Notes under the pieces: model-generated | Database searches by the model: none | What the model was told of the DNA's origin: nothing | What the model saw: the letters and a program-made list of their open reading frames with translations, nothing else | Translations under genes and position numbers: made by a program | Assembly: GCA_049511715.1 (NCBI GenBank) | Contig: JBEKXU010000007.1 | Location: forward strand, 8,615-72,614 | Direction of reading: 5' to 3' | From: Anaerolineales bacterium | GTDB lineage: Bacteria > Chloroflexota > Anaerolineae > Anaerolineales > RBG-16-64-43 | Length of the DNA: 64,000 nt | In this document: piece after piece, positions 16,282-26,631 of the stretch | Layout of the letters: each line of letters starts with the position of its first letter | Numbering within the stretch: the first letter of the stretch is position 1

Positions 16282-17625
16282 CTACGCGGAAGAAGACGGA
16301 CTTGAGCGCTGACCGAATTTGGCCTTCAGGAGGCCGGAAAGATTGGGCTGTCCGATTTCCTTCAACTCGTAGCGCACCCGCTGCGAGGGCTTGTTGATTC
16401 GGATGAGCCGACCCAGGTCAATCGGGGTTCCGATCAGGACCAATTCGGCTGGAGAGTTATTGATCGTCTGAGACAACTCTTGCATCTGCTCCGCGCTGTA
16501 TCCCATGGCCGGAAGGACAGCTCCAGTTGTCGCGTATTTTTCGTAGGTTTTCTTGATCGATCCGACGGCATAGGGGCGGGGGTCGATGATCTCCGCCGCC
16601 CCAAACTGCTTGGCCGCAAGCCAGGCGGCGCCAAAAGACATCTCACCATGGGTAAGTGTCGGGCCATCCTCAACGGCCAGGACCTTCTTGCCGGTGATCG
16701 CCGCCGGATCCTCGACCTGCAAGGGAGAGGCCGCCTCGATGATCTGGGCGGAGGGATTCAGCCGGCGCAGGTTTTCGCGAACGGCCGCCACGGATTCCTT
16801 GGACGCAGTGTCCACCTTGTTGAGAATGAGCACATCGGCCGACCGGACATTCGCCTCCCCGGGGAAGTAGCGGCTCTCGTGGCCCGCCCGCAGAGGATCC
16901 GCAATCACGATCTTGAAATCACTGACGAAGAACGGAAGATCGTTGTTGCCCCCATCCCAGAGAATGATGTCAACTTCTTTCTCGGCCTGGCGCAGGATTC
17001 GTTCATAGTCCACCCCGGCAAAGACAACAACCCCGAGAGCCAGATGGGGCTCGTATTCCTCGCGCTCTTCGATCGTGCACTTGAACTTGTCGAGATCGTC
17101 CAGCTGGGCGAAGCGTTGAACGGCCTGGGCAACGAGATCTCCATAGGGCATGGGATGCCGTACCGCGGCGACGCGATAGCCCAGGTCGCGCAGGATCATG
17201 GCGACTCGACGGGAAGTCTGACTCTTCCCCGCGCCCGTCCGCACGGCACAAACCGAAACCACAGGCCGCTTCGATTGGAGTTGGGTGGCCCGTGCGCCCA
17301 GGAGGAGAAAATCGGCGCCGCACGCAACCACCTGGGAGGCTCGATGCATCACGGCTTCATGGGAAATATCGCTGTAGGCGAAGACCACCTCGTCAACCTT
17401 CAGATCGCGAATGAGCGGCTCGAGTTCGCTCTCCGGATAGATGGGGATTCCCTGCGGGTAAAGCCTGCCCGCCAGCTCCGCCGGGTAGATTCGATTCTCA
17501 ATATTAGGGATCTGGGTGGCGGTGAACGCCACCACCTCGGCCTCCGGCCTGTCCCGGTAGACCAGGTTGAAGTCGTGAAAATCGCGACCCGCCGCGCCCA
17601 TGATGAGAATTCGTCTTCTCGGCAT
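16282..17625 (-). CDS. COG2403-family P-loop protein (cyclic 2,3-diphosphoglycerate synthetase-like / predicted GTPase)
   Basis: N-terminus ILIMGAAGRDFHDFN, Walker A VCAVRTGAGKSQTS, RHPMPYGDL. The family was assigned from memory of this conserved N-terminal pattern. Confidence 0.6.
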   Translation of the reverse strand: MPRRRILIMGAAGRDFHDFNLVYRDRPEAEVVAFTATQIPNIENRIYPAELAGRLYPQGIPIYPESELEPLIRDLKVDEVVFAYSDISHEAVMHRASQVVACGADFLLLGARATQLQSKRPVVSVCAVRTGAGKSQTSRRVAMILRDLGYRVAAVRHPMPYGDLVAQAVQRFAQLDDLDKFKCTIEEREEYEPHLALGVVVFAGVDYERILRQAEKEVDIILWDGGNNDLPFFVSDFKIVIADPLRAGHESRYFPGEANVRSADVLILNKVDTASKESVAAVRENLRRLNPSAQIIEAASPLQVEDPAAITGKKVLAVEDGPTLTHGEMSFGAAWLAAKQFGAAEIIDPRPYAVGSIKKTYEKYATTGAVLPAMGYSAEQMQELSQTINNSPAELVLIGTPIDLGRLIRINKPSQRVRYELKEIGQPNLSGLLKAKFGQRSSPSSSA

Positions 17626-17684
17626 GCCATTTCCTTTCGCAGTCGGGGAATCGGGCTAGGGGCGTTCGTCCCCTTCGAGCGGTC

Positions 17685-19490
17685 TCACATCGCGTCCGGC
17701 GCTTCAACCCCCAGCAATCTTAGGCTGTTGGCCAGAGTCTGCCGAGCGGCTGCCACGATGGCCAGCCGCACGGCGCGTTCGCTCGGGCCGGCTTGCAGAA
17801 CCGGACAGGCTTGGTAGAACTCGGTAAACGACTTCGCCAGGCTGTAGGCGTAGTTGGCCATGTGCAGAGGTTTGTATTCCAGGGCGGCCCGCTGGACTTC
17901 AACTGGGAATCGCGAGATCAGATCCACCAAGTCGATCTCCGCTGGCGCCAGCGAATAGTCCGCGATGATCGGCTCGGATGGCAGGTCCGCCTTCTCCAGG
18001 ATGCTTGAGGCGCGCACGTGTGCGTACTGGATATACGGAGCCGCTTGTCCGTCAAAGCTGAGGGCCGATTCCCAGCTGAAGGTGATTTGCTTGGTGTTGT
18101 CGACCGAAAGCATCACGTACTTCAGGGCACCCAGCCCGACTTGCCAAGCTACCTGGTCCCGCGCTTCTCCGGTCAGCTCCGGGTTCTTCTTCGCGATGAT
18201 GTCCAAGACGCGGCGCTGAGCCTCCTGGGCCACATCCATGAAGTACACGACCCGACCCCGACGGGCCGACATGGTTCCTTCCGGCAAGGTGACCATTTCG
18301 TAGGCCAAATGAAAGCATTTCGAGGCCTGTTCGAACCCCCATAGTTGCAGGATCTTGAAGACTTGTTGAAAGTGCAGGCTCTGTCGGGCATCGACAACAT
18401 AAACCGATCGGTCGATCTGGAATTTCTCGAATTTGATTTCCGCCAGCGCTAAGTCCTTGGTCAGATACAGGGTGGTTCCATCGCTTCGCAAAAGGACGGC
18501 GGTCCGGTAGGTTTCTTTCTTGAGGCCCAGCTTCTCGTCGATGCGGACGATGACCGGCCCTCCCTGTGGGCGCTCATCCTCGGCTATCCCCCGTCGGATG
18601 AGCTCCTCAACGATGGCCTTGGCCGGCTCGTCCGCCTCGCTCTCGAAGAAGAACACGTCGATGGGAATCCTCAACAGCCTCAAGATTTCCGCAAGCTCAT
18701 CGAGGCTCCATTGGCGAGTGCGCCGCCACAGCTCTCGGGTCTCCGGGTCTCCCGTATCCCACTTTTGATAGAGGTCCTTGACCTCTTGATTGTATCCTTC
18801 CCGGAGAACCCGCTGCTCCTCAGTTTCCGGGTTCTGCGGTTCGAGTAGGGCGGTGGCCTCGGTGTAGATCTTGGCCAGCCATCGCCCGCGCTCCATGAGG
18901 CCGTCGGGCTCTTGGCCCTGGTAGAACTTGTGGTAGGCCCACAGGCAACGAATTACTCCCAGACCGATGTCCCCCGGATAGCTGGCCCGAACGGTACGGA
19001 AGCCGGCAAACTCGACCAGCCGGGCGAGCGATTCGCCGAGTGCCGCATTGCGGAAATGGCCAATGTGAAACGAATGGTGAGTGTTGGGCTGCGCAAACTC
19101 GACCATCACCCGCTCGGCTCTTGGTTCTCCTCTTCCAAACTCCGCGGCCTGCTGCAACACAACCTGGAGAACATGGCTGACATAGCGCCGGGTGTCGAAA
19201 TACAAGTTCACATACCCGCGCGAGGCCTCCACGCGCTCGAAGTCCTGGGAAAGGTTCAGCCCTTCGGCGATTGCCTTGGCCAGCCGTTGGGCCTCCTCCG
19301 GCACCGGCAGCGAGGAGCGTCCCGATCGCACGAGCGCGGCTGCAGCCTTGAGGCAGACCGAGGTCGCGACCCCCCATTGGTGAGAGAGAGGAATCGGTGT
19401 CCATTCGACTGCCAGGTCCGCCGGGCCACCTTTTCGTTCAATGCCGGCGCGAATCTGGGATCCAACCCCTTCCAGTTCGGGTTCGTACAT
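17685..19490 (-). CDS. argS: arginine--tRNA ligase
   Basis: HIGH motif (NTHHSFHIGHFRNA), ArgRS-type MSARRGRVV in place of KMSKS, DALR anticodon-binding region (APYIQYAHVRASSILEKA), C-terminal Met. Confidence 0.9.
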   Translation of the reverse strand: MYEPELEGVGSQIRAGIERKGGPADLAVEWTPIPLSHQWGVATSVCLKAAAALVRSGRSSLPVPEEAQRLAKAIAEGLNLSQDFERVEASRGYVNLYFDTRRYVSHVLQVVLQQAAEFGRGEPRAERVMVEFAQPNTHHSFHIGHFRNAALGESLARLVEFAGFRTVRASYPGDIGLGVIRCLWAYHKFYQGQEPDGLMERGRWLAKIYTEATALLEPQNPETEEQRVLREGYNQEVKDLYQKWDTGDPETRELWRRTRQWSLDELAEILRLLRIPIDVFFFESEADEPAKAIVEELIRRGIAEDERPQGGPVIVRIDEKLGLKKETYRTAVLLRSDGTTLYLTKDLALAEIKFEKFQIDRSVYVVDARQSLHFQQVFKILQLWGFEQASKCFHLAYEMVTLPEGTMSARRGRVVYFMDVAQEAQRRVLDIIAKKNPELTGEARDQVAWQVGLGALKYVMLSVDNTKQITFSWESALSFDGQAAPYIQYAHVRASSILEKADLPSEPIIADYSLAPAEIDLVDLISRFPVEVQRAALEYKPLHMANYAYSLAKSFTEFYQACPVLQAGPSERAVRLAIVAAARQTLANSLRLLGVEAPDAM

Positions 19491-19615
19491 AAGGACGAAT
19501 CACTCCCTGCGGCTCCCGAAGCCCGCCCTTCTTCTGCCGTGGATTCCCCCGGTGCAGCCGAGGAAAGAACGCCGCGGCGATTATATACGAAGGTGGGGGA
19601 CCAACTCGCAGGGCC

Positions 19616-19652
19616 GAGCAAAGCAAAGCAAAGGCCCCCGCCAAGGGGGGCC
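19616..19652 (-). terminator. intrinsic terminator after rpsT
   Basis: On the minus strand, GGCCCCC-CTTGGC-GGGGGCC hairpin followed by TTTGCTTTGCTTTGCTC, 43 nt after the rpsT stop. Confidence 0.6.
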
Positions 19653-19694
19653 CCTCGTCTCTCTTTGTTCCCCTGCTGCGCGGACTCCCCCATT

Positions 19695-19979
19695 CTAGGG
19701 GGTCCCTTTTTTTGTCTCCGCGGACTTGCTGTAGAGTTTCATCAGCCGGCTCTTTCTTCGGGCGGCGTTGTTCTTGTGGATGCGCCCCCTCTCCGCGGCG
19801 CGGTCGAGCTGACGAATGGCTTCCTTGACCGCGCCGGCTGATTCCTCCTTGGACCCCTTGCGGACGGCCAAGCGAGCCTTGCGAACCGCGGAACGGGACC
19901 GATTCACAGCGAGTCGGTTGCGATCCCGTTTGCGTCCATTGCTGCGAATGCGCTTGAGCGCAGAATCAGTCTTTGCCAA
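19695..19979 (-). CDS. rpsT: 30S ribosomal protein S20
   Basis: 94-aa basic protein MAKTDSALKRIRSNGRKRDRNRLAVNRSRSAVRKA. TTG start 5 nt after SD GGAGGA. Confidence 0.9.
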   Translation of the reverse strand: MAKTDSALKRIRSNGRKRDRNRLAVNRSRSAVRKARLAVRKGSKEESAGAVKEAIRQLDRAAERGRIHKNNAARRKSRLMKLYSKSAETKKGTP

Positions 19980-20026
19980 ACGAATCCTCCGGTCTATGCC
20001 AGCCTGCGTCGAATGAGTAGAAAGTG

Positions 20027-20055
20027 ATTTTATCGTATTGCCTTAACGCTGTCCA
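20027..20055 (-). promoter_or_regulatory. sigma-70-type promoter candidate for rpsT
   Basis: On the minus strand, TGGACA (20055-20050), 17-nt spacer, TAAAAT (20032-20027), about 48 nt upstream of the rpsT start. Confidence 0.5.
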
Positions 20056-20070
20056 GCCCCGCGAACGAGG

Positions 20071-21183
20071 TCACCCCCGCCAGAAGAACGACTCGACCCG
20101 TCGTTGCGCTTGGAGCAGCCACGACCGCATTCTGGCCAGAATGCGGAGGAGGAAGAAGCCAGATCGCCACCATGCGGCCTGACGACCCTGCCCGGCGATG
20201 ACCCACTCAATCATGGCAGACCCCCAGGTGAGGCCCGCACCGAATCCCACCAGCACGATCCGATTGCCCGGCTTGATCTTCCCGGCTTCCACAGCTTCGC
20301 AGACAGCAATCGGAATGGAGGCGGTCGACGTGTTTCCATATCGGTCCACGTTCACGACGAATCGCTCCAAGGGCAGGCCTAGGCTCTTGGCGGCCATTTC
20401 GATAATCCGCAGGTTGGCCTGGTGGGGGACAATCCGGTCAATGTCTCGAAGGCGAATCCCAGCTTTCCGAGTGACTTCTCTTGTGGCGGAGACCATGACC
20501 CGCGTCGCGAATCGATAGACTTCCGGGCCGTTCATCGACACGTAGTGGAGCCCTTTTTCAACCGTCTCTTTGCTCGTCGGAAAACGGCTTCCGCCAGCGG
20601 GAAGGGAGAGAAGATCGCCTCCCGATCCATCCGAGTGCATGGTGTGAGCCAGCAGGCCCCCTTCTTGTGCACTGGCCTGCAATACGAAGGCGCCGGCCCC
20701 ATCCCCGAAAAGGACGCAAGTGGCCCGGTCCTGCCAGTTCACAATCCGGGAAAGGGTTTCGGCTCCAATCACCAGGGCGCGCTCGTAACCTCCGGTGGCG
20801 ATCATCTGGGTCGCTACGGCCAAGGCATAGATGAAGCCCGTGCAGGCGGCGGAGAGATCGAAAGCGCCCGCGTGCGTTGCACCCAGTCGATCTTGGACCA
20901 GGCAGGCCGTAGCTGGAAAAATGTGCTCAGGCGAGGAGGTGGCGACGATGATCAGGTCGATTTGAAGGGGAGTCAGGCCTGCCAGTAGCAGAGCCTGACG
21001 GGCGGCATCGGTTGCCAAACTGGCGGTCGTTTGGTCCGGTTCTGCGATATGGCGCTCCCGAATGCCCGTCCGCGAAAGGATCCAATCCTCGGAGGTGTCC
21101 ACCATTTGAGCTAGATCGCCGTTGGTGAGCACTCGGCGGGGGACGCTCATGCCCCAGCCGACAATGTGCGCATACCGGGTCAT
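20071..21183 (-). CDS. fabH: 3-oxoacyl-ACP synthase III with a ~45-aa C-terminal extension
   Basis: TSEDWILSRTGIRERH, active-site Cys in SAACTGFIYAL, VPHQANLRI, GNTSTASIP, GFGAGLTWGS. Confidence 0.9.
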   Translation of the reverse strand: MTRYAHIVGWGMSVPRRVLTNGDLAQMVDTSEDWILSRTGIRERHIAEPDQTTASLATDAARQALLLAGLTPLQIDLIIVATSSPEHIFPATACLVQDRLGATHAGAFDLSAACTGFIYALAVATQMIATGGYERALVIGAETLSRIVNWQDRATCVLFGDGAGAFVLQASAQEGGLLAHTMHSDGSGGDLLSLPAGGSRFPTSKETVEKGLHYVSMNGPEVYRFATRVMVSATREVTRKAGIRLRDIDRIVPHQANLRIIEMAAKSLGLPLERFVVNVDRYGNTSTASIPIAVCEAVEAGKIKPGNRIVLVGFGAGLTWGSAMIEWVIAGQGRQAAWWRSGFFLLRILARMRSWLLQAQRRVESFFWRG

Positions 21184-22439
21184 TCCCTGGCCTCCTCCTC
21201 TCTGGGGGGCGGGCCGAAGACCAGGCAGGCGTTATGTCCGCCAAATCCAAAGGAGTTGGACATGACGTACCGGACTGTCTTCCGGCGAGAACGATTGGGC
21301 ACGTAGTCCAAATCGCAATCCGGATCGGGGGTTTCATAGTTAATCGTCGGCGGCAGAATTCCTTCGCGAATGGCCAGGACCGAAAAGATCGCTTCCACTC
21401 CGCCGGCAGCTCCCAACAGGTGCCCGGTCATCGACTTGGTCGAGGAGACAGGAATGCCATGGGCCCGTTCCTCAAAAACCTGCTTGAGGGCGGCTGTTTC
21501 GCTGCGGTCGTTGAGCACAGTGCTTGTTCCGTGAGCATTGACATAGTCGATGTCCCCCGGGGCGAGCCCGGCGTCCTTCAGGGCGAGGCGCAGGCACTCG
21601 GCCGCCCCGGCGCCGTCCTCGCGAGGGGCGGAAATGTGATAGGCATCATTGTTAATCCCGTACCCTTTCAACTCGGCCAGGATCCTGGCTCCACGCCGGG
21701 AAGCGTGAGCGAGCGACTCCAGGACCAGGATCCCTGCTCCCTCGCCTGTCACAAATCCGTCCCGGTGAAGGTCAAAAGGTCGGGAGGCCTTTTCCGGGGC
21801 ATCGTTCCTTCGGGATAGAGCGCCCATCGTCAAGAAACCCGCCATCGCCAGTTTGACGATCCCCGCCTCGGCCCCTCCTGCGATCATCACGTCAGCGGCC
21901 CCTCGCCGGATTACCTCAGCGGCTTCGCCCACCGCGTGCGATCCGGTGGCACACGCTGAAGCCACCGCCAGATTCGGTCCTCTCATGCCGAAGTGGATGG
22001 CGATTTGAGCTCCGGCACTGTCGGGCAACATCAGAGGAACCAGAAAAGCGCTGACCCGGCGGGGTCCCAGCTTGGCCAGGGTCTCAGCTCCTTCGAGCAG
22101 CGTGGCGATCCCCCCGATGCCCGTCCCGACCAGCACTCCCATCCGGGCCCGGTCGCCGTCCTCGACGCGCAACCCAGCCGACTCTACCGCCTGCTCCGCC
22201 GCGGCCAGGGCGAACTGGCTGTAGCGATCCAGGCGCCGGGCCTCCTTGCGTCCGAAATGAGCAACGGGGTCGAACCCCTTGACCTCCGCCGCGAAGCGGC
22301 TCTCTAGCTCGCTGGCATCAAAGAGCGTGATCGGGCCGACCCCCGATTGGCCCTGAATGGCATTGGCCCAGGTGGATGGCACATCGTTGCCGAGCGGGGT
22401 AAGGCATCCCAACCCCGTAATTACGACGCGGGGGCGCAT
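21180..22439 (-). CDS. fabF: 3-oxoacyl-ACP synthase II
   Basis: Active-site Cys in VASACATGSHAVG, His motifs NAHGTST and SMTGHLLGAAG, C-terminal NSFGFGGHNA. 4-nt overlap with fabH. Confidence 0.95.
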   Translation of the reverse strand: MRPRVVITGLGCLTPLGNDVPSTWANAIQGQSGVGPITLFDASELESRFAAEVKGFDPVAHFGRKEARRLDRYSQFALAAAEQAVESAGLRVEDGDRARMGVLVGTGIGGIATLLEGAETLAKLGPRRVSAFLVPLMLPDSAGAQIAIHFGMRGPNLAVASACATGSHAVGEAAEVIRRGAADVMIAGGAEAGIVKLAMAGFLTMGALSRRNDAPEKASRPFDLHRDGFVTGEGAGILVLESLAHASRRGARILAELKGYGINNDAYHISAPREDGAGAAECLRLALKDAGLAPGDIDYVNAHGTSTVLNDRSETAALKQVFEERAHGIPVSSTKSMTGHLLGAAGGVEAIFSVLAIREGILPPTINYETPDPDCDLDYVPNRSRRKTVRYVMSNSFGFGGHNACLVFGPPPREEEARE

Positions 22440-22835
22440 TGGGCCTCCAGCCTCCTCATCCCCTCGAGGGAAAGCGGAGGGGAGAAAATCGCCATGGATT
22501 CACTACGGGCCTGTTGGCAGAACATGTTGGATGACCTGGACGCAATTTGTAAAGTATAACACCCAGGTGGACGCCTCGGTGCAGGTTTCCGGGGGCCCGC
22601 CCCGGGCGCCCAGGGGCCAGCGCCAGAAGAAGAATGGCGAGGGCGGAGTACACTTGAATAAAGGAATTCATACCCAGATCCGAGTTTGGGAGGCCATGGG
22701 AGCTGGTCCCTCAGGATGCAAAGCCATCTCCTCAGGCTTCTAACCGCATCTCCGCCCGAGGCCGACGTCGGCCAATCCGTTTGTCGCAAAGCATCGGTCC
22801 GTTCAATCATGTGTCCTTGGGTAACTTGCTAAGGT

Positions 22836-23615
22836 ATGGCTAAGAAGGTTCGCTTGGATCTTCTCGTCGCCGAGCGCCAATTGGCCGGCTCGCGTGCCCA
22901 GGCACAGTTGCTGATCCGCGAGGGGCGCGTGCGGCTCAATGGGCAGGCCTGTGACCAGCCCGGAAAGTTGGCGGACCCTTTGAGTCGCGTGGAGCTTACC
23001 GCAAAGCTCCGCTATGTCTCCCGGGGAGGGGAGAAACTCGAGGCCGCACTGCAAACGTTCCCGATCCGGGTGGGGGAGCAGGTCTGCGCCGATGTCGGCG
23101 CCTCCACCGGCGGGTTTACCGACTGCCTCCTTCAGCATGGCGCCAGCCGAGTGTACGCGATCGACGTGGGTCGTGGAATCCTTGAATGGAAACTCCGAAA
23201 CGATTCGCGGGTTGTGGTTCTGGAGGGGGTCAATGCCCGCTACCTGAAATCTCTTCCCGAGCCGATCGGGCTGGCTACCGCGGACGCCTCGTTTATCTCG
23301 CTGCGGCTCATCCTGCCCGCAATGATCACTTGGCTCGGCGCCCAGGGGGAGATTGTAACGTTGGTTAAGCCCCAGTTTGAGGCCGGCCGCAAGGAGGTGG
23401 GACGAGGAGGGGTTGTCCGGGATCCCCTTGTTCATCGGCGCGTTATTGGGGAAGTCGCGCGTGCGGCCGAGGCCCTCGGTTTGTTTGTCCATGGTCTGCT
23501 TCTTTCCCCTCTGGTCGGCCCGGCCGGCAACCGTGAGTTTCTGCTCTGGCTCAGGCGTGACCGCAGCGACCTTCGGCTGGAGACGCTGCTGGATCAGGTC
23601 GTCCTTGCACGCTGA
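22836..23615 (+). CDS. tlyA: TlyA-family rRNA 2'-O-methyltransferase
   Basis: N-terminal S4 domain ([27 protein letters not shown]), [12 protein letters not shown] motif [18 protein letters not shown]. Confidence 0.85.
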   Translation: MAKKVRLDLLVAERQLAGSRAQAQLLIREGRVRLNGQACDQPGKLADPLSRVELTAKLRYVSRGGEKLEAALQTFPIRVGEQVCADVGASTGGFTDCLLQHGASRVYAIDVGRGILEWKLRNDSRVVVLEGVNARYLKSLPEPIGLATADASFISLRLILPAMITWLGAQGEIVTLVKPQFEAGRKEVGRGGVVRDPLVHRRVIGEVARAAEALGLFVHGLLLSPLVGPAGNREFLLWLRRDRSDLRLETLLDQVVLAR

Positions 23616-23704
23616 TCCCGCTTTGTCGGGCTACGAATAAGGTATACTTGCGTGATTGCATGCCCTCCCGCCCGGTGCGGGAGGGTCGCGTGCTGGCCCC
23701 GGGA

Positions 23705-25519
23705 ATGGACACCTCGCATATCCGAAATTTCTGCATTATTGCTCATGTCGACCACGGCAAGTCCACCCTCGCCGATCGGCTACTCCAACGAACGGGGACG
23801 ATACCGGAACGAGAGATGACGGACCAGGTGCTGGACAGCATGGATCTCGAGCGGGAGCGCGGAGTGACGATTAAGGCTTCCGCCGTCCGCATGAACTACG
23901 GCGCTCGAGACGGCCAGACCTATGAGCTCAATCTGATTGATACCCCTGGCCATGTCGACTTCGCCTACGAAGTCAGCCGGGCCCTGGCGGCCTGTGAGGG
24001 TGCGGTCCTGGTCGTGGACGCTTCTCAAGGGATCGAAGCCCAGACTTTGGCCAACCTGTACTTTGCCCTGGACGCCGACCTGGAGATCATCCCGGTCGTG
24101 AACAAGATTGACCTGCCCTCGGCGCGTACTCAGGAAGTGAGCGAGGAGGTTGCCGCCTTGCTTGGGGTCGCTGAGGATTCGGTGATTCGGATCTCAGCCA
24201 AGCTTGGCCAGAACATCGAAAAGGTTCTGGAACAGGTCGTCGCCCAAGTGCCGCCACCCTCGGGGGCGACCGAGAGCCCCCTGCGGGCGCTGATCTTTGA
24301 CTCGCATTACGACTCGTACAAGGGGGTCGTTGCCTATTTGCGCATCCGTGAGGGTCTTCTCGAGATCGGACAGCCTTGCCAGGCCATGGCCACGGGAGCA
24401 CGGTTTGATCCCATTGAGGTCGGCTACTTTGGCCCGGAAATGCGCCCGAGCGCGGCTCTGGCCGCGGGGGAGGTGGGTTACGTGGCGACGGGCCTCAAAA
24501 CGGTCCGCGAGTGCCGGGTGGGCGACACGCTGACCTCTGTCTCTCGGCCTGCCGGAGAACGGTTGCCCGGCTATCGCCAGCTCAAGCCCATGGTTTTCGC
24601 CGGGATCTACCCTGTGGAGGGGGAAGACTACGCCGCCCTGAAAGATGCTCTGGACAAACTTCAGCTCAATGATGCTTCGCTCGTTTTCGAGCCGGAAACC
24701 TCCCAAGCGCTCAATTATGGGTTTCGTTGCGGATTCCTCGGCCTTTTTCACATGGAGATCATCCAGGAACGGTTGGAGCGCGAATACGGCCTGGAGGTAA
24801 TCGCCACGGCGCCCTCCGTCCAGTATGAGGTCCTGCGGCGGGACGGGGCAATCCAGCATGTTTCTTCCCCCGTGGACTTGCCTGAGGAAGCGGAGATCGA
24901 GGAGATTCGCGAGCCCTGGATGCAAATGCAGATCTTCACGCCTGAGGCCTACTATGGCACCGTAATGGATCTGGCGAACCGGCATCGAGCTGTCTTTCGC
25001 ACTCAGGACTACCCCTCTCCGGGGCGCATTCAAATGACCTTTGAGATTCCCCTGGCCGAGTTGATTGTCGACTTCTACGACCAGCTCAAATCGCGGACGC
25101 GCGGCTACGCCTCTCTCGACTACCATTTCCTCGAATACCGCTCGGAAGAATTGGTTCGCCTGGACGTAATGATCAATGAGGAGGTCGTGGATGCCCTGGC
25201 CTCCATCATTCACCGGGAGGAAGCGTATCAGCGAGGCCAGGCCCTGGTCTCCAAGCTGAAGGAACTGATCCCACGGCAGTTGTACGCCGTTCCGATTCAA
25301 GCGGCCGCGGGGGGAAAAGTGATCTCGCGCGCGAATGTCAAGGCTCTGCGCAAGGATGTCTTGGCAAAATGCTATGGGGGTGACATCACGCGCAAGAAGA
25401 AGTTGCTGGAGAAACAGAAGCGCGGCAAGCGTCGCATGAAGAAGGTGGGGCGGGTGGAAATCCCGCAAGAAGCCTTCATGGCAGTCCTTCGGATTCAAAA
25501 CGAGCAGTCGCAGCAGTGA
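23705..25519 (+). CDS. lepA: translation elongation factor 4 (LepA)
   Basis: [30 protein letters not shown], and a LepA-specific C-terminus ([24 protein letters not shown]). The ATG at 23705 gives a canonical N-terminus. Confidence 0.95.
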   Translation: MDTSHIRNFCIIAHVDHGKSTLADRLLQRTGTIPEREMTDQVLDSMDLERERGVTIKASAVRMNYGARDGQTYELNLIDTPGHVDFAYEVSRALAACEGAVLVVDASQGIEAQTLANLYFALDADLEIIPVVNKIDLPSARTQEVSEEVAALLGVAEDSVIRISAKLGQNIEKVLEQVVAQVPPPSGATESPLRALIFDSHYDSYKGVVAYLRIREGLLEIGQPCQAMATGARFDPIEVGYFGPEMRPSAALAAGEVGYVATGLKTVRECRVGDTLTSVSRPAGERLPGYRQLKPMVFAGIYPVEGEDYAALKDALDKLQLNDASLVFEPETSQALNYGFRCGFLGLFHMEIIQERLEREYGLEVIATAPSVQYEVLRRDGAIQHVSSPVDLPEEAEIEEIREPWMQMQIFTPEAYYGTVMDLANRHRAVFRTQDYPSPGRIQMTFEIPLAELIVDFYDQLKSRTRGYASLDYHFLEYRSEELVRLDVMINEEVVDALASIIHREEAYQRGQALVSKLKELIPRQLYAVPIQAAAGGKVISRANVKALRKDVLAKCYGGDITRKKKLLEKQKRGKRRMKKVGRVEIPQEAFMAVLRIQNEQSQQ

Positions 25520-26625
25520 AAGCTCGGATCATGGAAAAGAGCGGGAAAACGAAGACGACACGAGCGATGGCTTGGCGCAGATCGGCCCTCACGTGGCTGC
25601 CTGGGCTCTTGCTGACCATCCTGGCCGTCGTGATCCTCTGGCGGGTTGTGAGCTGGAAAGAGGTCCTGGGCGCTTGGGCAAGGGCTCGTCCATGGGTGAT
25701 TCTGCCGGGCCTGGTTCTCATGGTACTGGCTCAACTGTCCCGAGCGATGGGCTGGCGGTACCTTGTGGATCGCAAGGTGAGCGTCGCACGATCCTTCTCT
25801 GTCCTTAATGTCGGCTACCTCCTTAACACCCTATTGCCTTTTCGCCTGGGAGACCTGAGCCGGGCCGTTCTGGCAGGACTGCCCGGGCGGGGGGATTCGC
25901 TCCTCTCCGTGAGTTCGGCTCTGTCTGCCGTGGTCGTCGAGCGGGTGGTTGACCTGCTGGTCACGGGGTTGATCGGGTTGGCCGCCGTCGCCTTCTTTGC
26001 CGGCACCTCCTGGGCCGGTCGAGCTCTGGAGGTCACCTTGCTCCTGGCCGTCCTGGGCACCCTGGCTCTTTTCGCACTGGCCATGGCTCGGGCAGGGATC
26101 GTCAGGGTCGTACAGAGAGAGCTGGGTAGAGTGGCGTGGCTGGAACCGTGGGTCGTTCGCCTGGACGAATTCCTGGCAGGGATCCAGGTCATTGGACGGT
26201 GGAGTGTCGCGGTCCCGGCTGTGGCAGGAATCCTGGGGGCGTGGCTGGCGTGGATGCTGGAGTATTGGGTGATCCTGGAGGGGTTTGTTCCTGGCGCGGG
26301 ACTGAATCTGGCCCTGGCAGCTCTGGCGGGGGGCGCGCTAGGAGTCATGATCCCCTCCTCGCCCAACTCTCTCGGGGTGTATGAAGCTGCCGTGGTGGGC
26401 GTCCTCTCCGTCGCGGGGATGTCTCCCGGAGTCGCCCTGGCTTTTGCTCTGTCCATCCATGTCCTGAACACGATTGGGGTATTTGCCCTCGGGATCTGGG
26501 GTTTGCTGCGGGAGGAACAGACCCTTGGACAGCTTGTGACAGCCGTGATGCAAATCCGAGGGCGGAAGCAACCCAGTGAGGGGCCGGATGTTCCTGCGCC
26601 CCCGTATGCGGGGAGCGAAGGCTGA
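25516..26625 (+). CDS. flippase-like membrane protein (lysylphosphatidylglycerol-synthase TM-region family)
   Basis: ~8 predicted TM segments with the family pattern [11 protein letters not shown] ... [23 protein letters not shown] 25516 overlaps the lepA stop; alternative ATGs at 25531 and 25567. Confidence 0.6.
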   Translation: MKARIMEKSGKTKTTRAMAWRRSALTWLPGLLLTILAVVILWRVVSWKEVLGAWARARPWVILPGLVLMVLAQLSRAMGWRYLVDRKVSVARSFSVLNVGYLLNTLLPFRLGDLSRAVLAGLPGRGDSLLSVSSALSAVVVERVVDLLVTGLIGLAAVAFFAGTSWAGRALEVTLLLAVLGTLALFALAMARAGIVRVVQRELGRVAWLEPWVVRLDEFLAGIQVIGRWSVAVPAVAGILGAWLAWMLEYWVILEGFVPGAGLNLALAALAGGALGVMIPSSPNSLGVYEAAVVGVLSVAGMSPGVALAFALSIHVLNTIGVFALGIWGLLREEQTLGQLVTAVMQIRGRKQPSEGPDVPAPPYAGSEG

Positions 26626-26631
26626 ACTCCG

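Noticed and set aside
22456-22671. 71-aa ORF directly upstream of fabF on the same strand, in the position where acpP often sits.
   Set aside because: It has no ACP features (no DSL phosphopantetheine site, not acidic). After a hydrophobic N-terminus it is Arg/Pro/Gly-rich, and there is no SD.
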